NCBI GenBank assembly: GCA_016213895.1
Contig: JACQZJ010000117.1
Coordinates: forward strand, 2,361 to 66,360
From: Planctomycetota bacterium
GTDB lineage: Bacteria; Planctomycetota; B15-G4; JADJEK01
Reading direction: 5' to 3'
DNA length: 64,000 bases
Below the pieces are notes generated by a model that searched no databases, was not told the origin of the DNA, and worked only from the letters and a program-made list of their open reading frames with translations. Shown one piece after another: positions 61,538 through 64,000 of this stretch. The position numbers and the translations under genes were made by a program. Every line of letters begins with the position of its first letter. Position 1 is the stretch's first letter.

Positions 61538-63127
61538 ATGTTGGATTCGGACAAACGGCTGGCGCGGGTGGTCCTGCTCCTCGCGGCCCTGCTCTGCTTC
61601 TACCGCTTCTGGACGCGCGACCTCACCTACTACGACGAGCCGCGCTACGCGGGCGTGGCCAAGGAGATGAGCGACGCCTCGTCCTGGGCCATCCCGCTGC
61701 TCTATGACGCGCCCTACACCGAGAAGCCCCCGCTCTACTTCTGGACGGCCGGGCTGCTCGGCCGGGCCCTGGGCTTCAACTCGTTCGCCCTCTTCCTGCC
61801 CAACGTGCTGGCGCACTTCCTCACCGTGCTCCTGGTCTACGACCTCGGCCGCCGCACGCTCTCGCGCCGCGCGGGAGCGTTCGCCGCACTGGCTTTCGCC
61901 GCCTGCCCGCTGCTCCTCCACTACGCCCGCTCCGCCCAGCTCGACTCGCTGCTCGTGCTCGCGCAGGCGGCCGCGGCCTACGGCTTCGTGCTGGCGCTCG
62001 AGGGCCGCGGCCTGCGCTTCGGGCTGTTCGGCGCGCTCGGCCTGGCGCTGGGCTTTCTGGTCAAGGGCCACCTCGTGCTCCCGGCGCTCATCGCGCCGCT
62101 CGTCTGGTGCTTCTTGCGGCGCGACTGGTCCTGCTTCAGGCGGCCGCGCGCTCTCCTGCTCGGGGCGATCGTGGCGCTCGCGCCGTTTCTCGTCTGGTTC
62201 GGCTTCGTGGTGCGGGAGATCGGCTGGAGCGAGGCGGTCGGGCTCTACTTCCGCCGCCAGATCCTCGAGCGCACCGCCGGGCAGGTCAGCCACTTCTCCC
62301 CCGTCCCGGTCGGCCCGGAGTACCTGGCGGCCCTGGCCGGCATGCTGCCGCTCGTCGCCTTCGTACCGGGCGCGCTCCGCCGCGGCGCGCGCTCCTTGCA
62401 CGAGCGCGCCTACGCCTGGTGGGGCGCCGTCTTCTTCCTCGTCTTCGCCCTGGTCCCGGTGAAGCGCGAGCTCTACCTCCTGCCGCTGGCCGTGCCCCTC
62501 GCGCTTGCGGCCGGCGCTTACCTGGCGCGTCTCGACTCCGGTGAACTCGAGACGACGCGCGCCGAGCGCCTCGCCGGCGCGCTCCTCGCCCTGCTCCTTT
62601 CGATCGGCGCCGCGGCGCTGCCCATCTTCCTGCTGTACGAGCAGGCCTGCTCGGCGGACGCGGTCCTGGCGGCCGCGGGCGGGCTCGCCCTGGGCGTGCC
62701 CGCGTGCGCCGCCTTCCTGCGCCGCCGAGCCGCCGCGCCGCTGCTTCTCTTCCTGCAGCTCGCCGTGCTCCTGATCTTCGCCGAGCCCGCGGTCGCGGTG
62801 CGCTCGAACAGCCGCTTCGGGCTGCGCGAGTTCGGAGCCGCCATCCAAACGGCCGCCCCGCCAGGCGCCGAGGTCATCGTGCTCGGCTTCACCAAGGCGC
62901 ACGCGGTGCGCTTCTTCGGCGAGCGGCGCCTGCGCTTCGCCGAGGAGATCGGGGACCTGCCGCCTCTCCTCGGGGACCGAGAGACGCATCACGTAGTCGT
63001 CCGGGGCAACGAGGACGGACCCGACCTGGAGCACGCCTCTGGGATGGAAGCGGCCCTCCTCGCGACCGAGCCCAAGGCCAAGCAGGACAAGGCGCTGCGC
63101 CTCTACGCCGTGCGCGCCGCGAAGTAG
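61538..63127 (+). CDS. GT39 / ArnT-like membrane glycosyltransferase (dolichyl-phosphate-mannose-type)
   Basis: [14 protein letters not shown]…KPPLYFW N-terminal loop motif of ArnT/PMT family; more than 10 TM helices. Confidence 0.7.
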   Translation: MLDSDKRLARVVLLLAALLCFYRFWTRDLTYYDEPRYAGVAKEMSDASSWAIPLLYDAPYTEKPPLYFWTAGLLGRALGFNSFALFLPNVLAHFLTVLLVYDLGRRTLSRRAGAFAALAFAACPLLLHYARSAQLDSLLVLAQAAAAYGFVLALEGRGLRFGLFGALGLALGFLVKGHLVLPALIAPLVWCFLRRDWSCFRRPRALLLGAIVALAPFLVWFGFVVREIGWSEAVGLYFRRQILERTAGQVSHFSPVPVGPEYLAALAGMLPLVAFVPGALRRGARSLHERAYAWWGAVFFLVFALVPVKRELYLLPLAVPLALAAGAYLARLDSGELETTRAERLAGALLALLLSIGAAALPIFLLYEQACSADAVLAAAGGLALGVPACAAFLRRRAAAPLLLFLQLAVLLIFAEPAVAVRSNSRFGLREFGAAIQTAAPPGAEVIVLGFTKAHAVRFFGERRLRFAEEIGDLPPLLGDRETHHVVVRGNEDGPDLEHASGMEAALLATEPKAKQDKALRLYAVRAAK

Positions 63128-63165
63128 CGCCGCCGCCGGCCCGGCCGGCCGGATATAGTTCGGCC

Positions 63166-63903
63166 GTGGCCTCCGCCGACTCTTCCCCAGCCCGGGGCGG
63201 CCCCGGCTTCCCCCTGACAGCATGGACCGTCATCCGGTCCGCCCAGCACGCCGATCTGGCCGAGCAGAGTCGCGCCCTGGACCGGCTGATGTCGGTCTAC
63301 TGGCGACCGGTCTACTGGTCGCTCCGGCTCGACTGGAGCGTTTCCCCCGAGGAGGCCAAGGACCTCACGCAGGAGTACTTCTCGGTCTTCCTGGAGAGGA
63401 GCATGATCCAGCGCGTGCGCGAGGAATGGGGCCGCTTCCGCGCCTACGTCAAGACCACGCTCAAGCGCTTCATGCTCGACCGCAGGCGCGCCGCGGGCCG
63501 CATCAAGCGCACGGTCGAGCGCACGATCGTGGCGCTCGAGGACCTGCCGGCGGTGGAGCAGGACCGCGCCGCGAGCGACGCGCCTCCGGACCGCAGGTTC
63601 GAGCGGGAGCTGATGCGCTCCATCCTCTCCCTGGCGCTGGACGACCTGCGGCGCTCCTGCGAGAAGAACGGCCGGAGCGTTCACTTCCAGGTCTTCCAGG
63701 CCTACTACGTCGACCAGGCGGAAGGCGGGACGCTCACCTACCAGGACCTCTCCGAACGCTTCGGACTGGGGCAGCACGAGGTGAAGAACCGCCTCGCCGA
63801 GCTGCGAGCGCGCTTCCGCAGGAGCGTGCTCGGCTACCTGCGCGACGGGCTCAGTTCGGAACAGGAGCTGGTGGCGGAGATCAGAGAGGTCTTCGAGGCG
63901 TGA
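63166..63903 (+). CDS. RNA polymerase sigma-70 family (ECF-like) sigma factor; start codon uncertain (GTG at 63166 proposed)
   Basis: Region 2 (…LDRLMSVYWRPVYWSLRL…AKDLTQEYFSVFLE) and region 4 HTH (TYQDLSERFGLGQHEVKNRLAELRARFRR). The only ATG lies inside region 2.1, so an upstream GTG is more plausible. Confidence 0.55.
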   Translation: MASADSSPARGGPGFPLTAWTVIRSAQHADLAEQSRALDRLMSVYWRPVYWSLRLDWSVSPEEAKDLTQEYFSVFLERSMIQRVREEWGRFRAYVKTTLKRFMLDRRRAAGRIKRTVERTIVALEDLPAVEQDRAASDAPPDRRFERELMRSILSLALDDLRRSCEKNGRSVHFQVFQAYYVDQAEGGTLTYQDLSERFGLGQHEVKNRLAELRARFRRSVLGYLRDGLSSEQELVAEIREVFEA

Positions 63904-63923
63904 CCGGGCCGGACGACTCGAGG

Positions 63924-64000
63924 ATGCAGGACGCGCTGCGCCGGGCCTTCCTGGAGGACATGGGGCTCGGCCGGGATGGCGCCCCCGCCACGATCGGGCC
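63924..64000 (+). CDS. 5' end of an ORF running off the window (possible anti-sigma partner), hypothetical
   Basis: ATG 21 nt after the sigma-factor stop with GAGG upstream. MQDALRRAFLEDMGLGRDGAPATIG…. Confidence 0.25.
   Translation, partial: MQDALRRAFLEDMGLGRDGAPATIG

Overview
High-GC (about 70%) bacterial chromosomal segment. Gene content (many Ser/Thr-kinase, FGE-sulfatase, YVTN-propeller and TPR proteins) suggests a Myxococcota / delta-proteobacterial type genome. Roughly two thirds is ordinary housekeeping. This includes a complete SUF Fe-S cluster operon (Rrf2 regulator-sufBCDS-sufU-sufT) followed by moaA, hflX, mutY, trxB, fumC, LptF/LptG permeases, a polysaccharide/glycosyltransferase cluster, an eukaryotic-like Ser/Thr kinase and an ECF-type sigma factor. 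From about 15.0 to 33.0 kb lies a compositionally distinct (locally lower GC), plus-strand accessory island with no integrase or tRNA in view. Its core, 17.4-30.6 kb, is a chain of seven tightly coupled genes with ATGA/GTGA start-stop overlaps: a 1352-aa N6-adenine DNA methyltransferase (type IIG / PglX-like), a SIR2-like protein, a HerA-like ATPase (a SIR2-HerA pair), an HTH-ImmA/IrrE metallopeptidase, a DUF4411 PIN-like protein, a DUF4062 (TIR-like) protein with a wHTH tail, and a 1104-aa PLD-nuclease-SNF2 helicase fusion. The island's 5' flank holds an Arch_ATPase-family AAA ATPase with an apparent frameshift into a C-terminal Swt1-like HEPN region; its 3' flank holds DUF1697, a small HTH protein, a membrane protein and a VapC-like PIN toxin. 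Other oddities are an FGE-sulfatase gene with an in-frame amber codon, an Rpn-family (PDDEXK_7) nuclease whose last 93 codons are tandemly duplicated, and several short tandem repeats. All calls come from reading the translations and motifs by eye; no database search was run.
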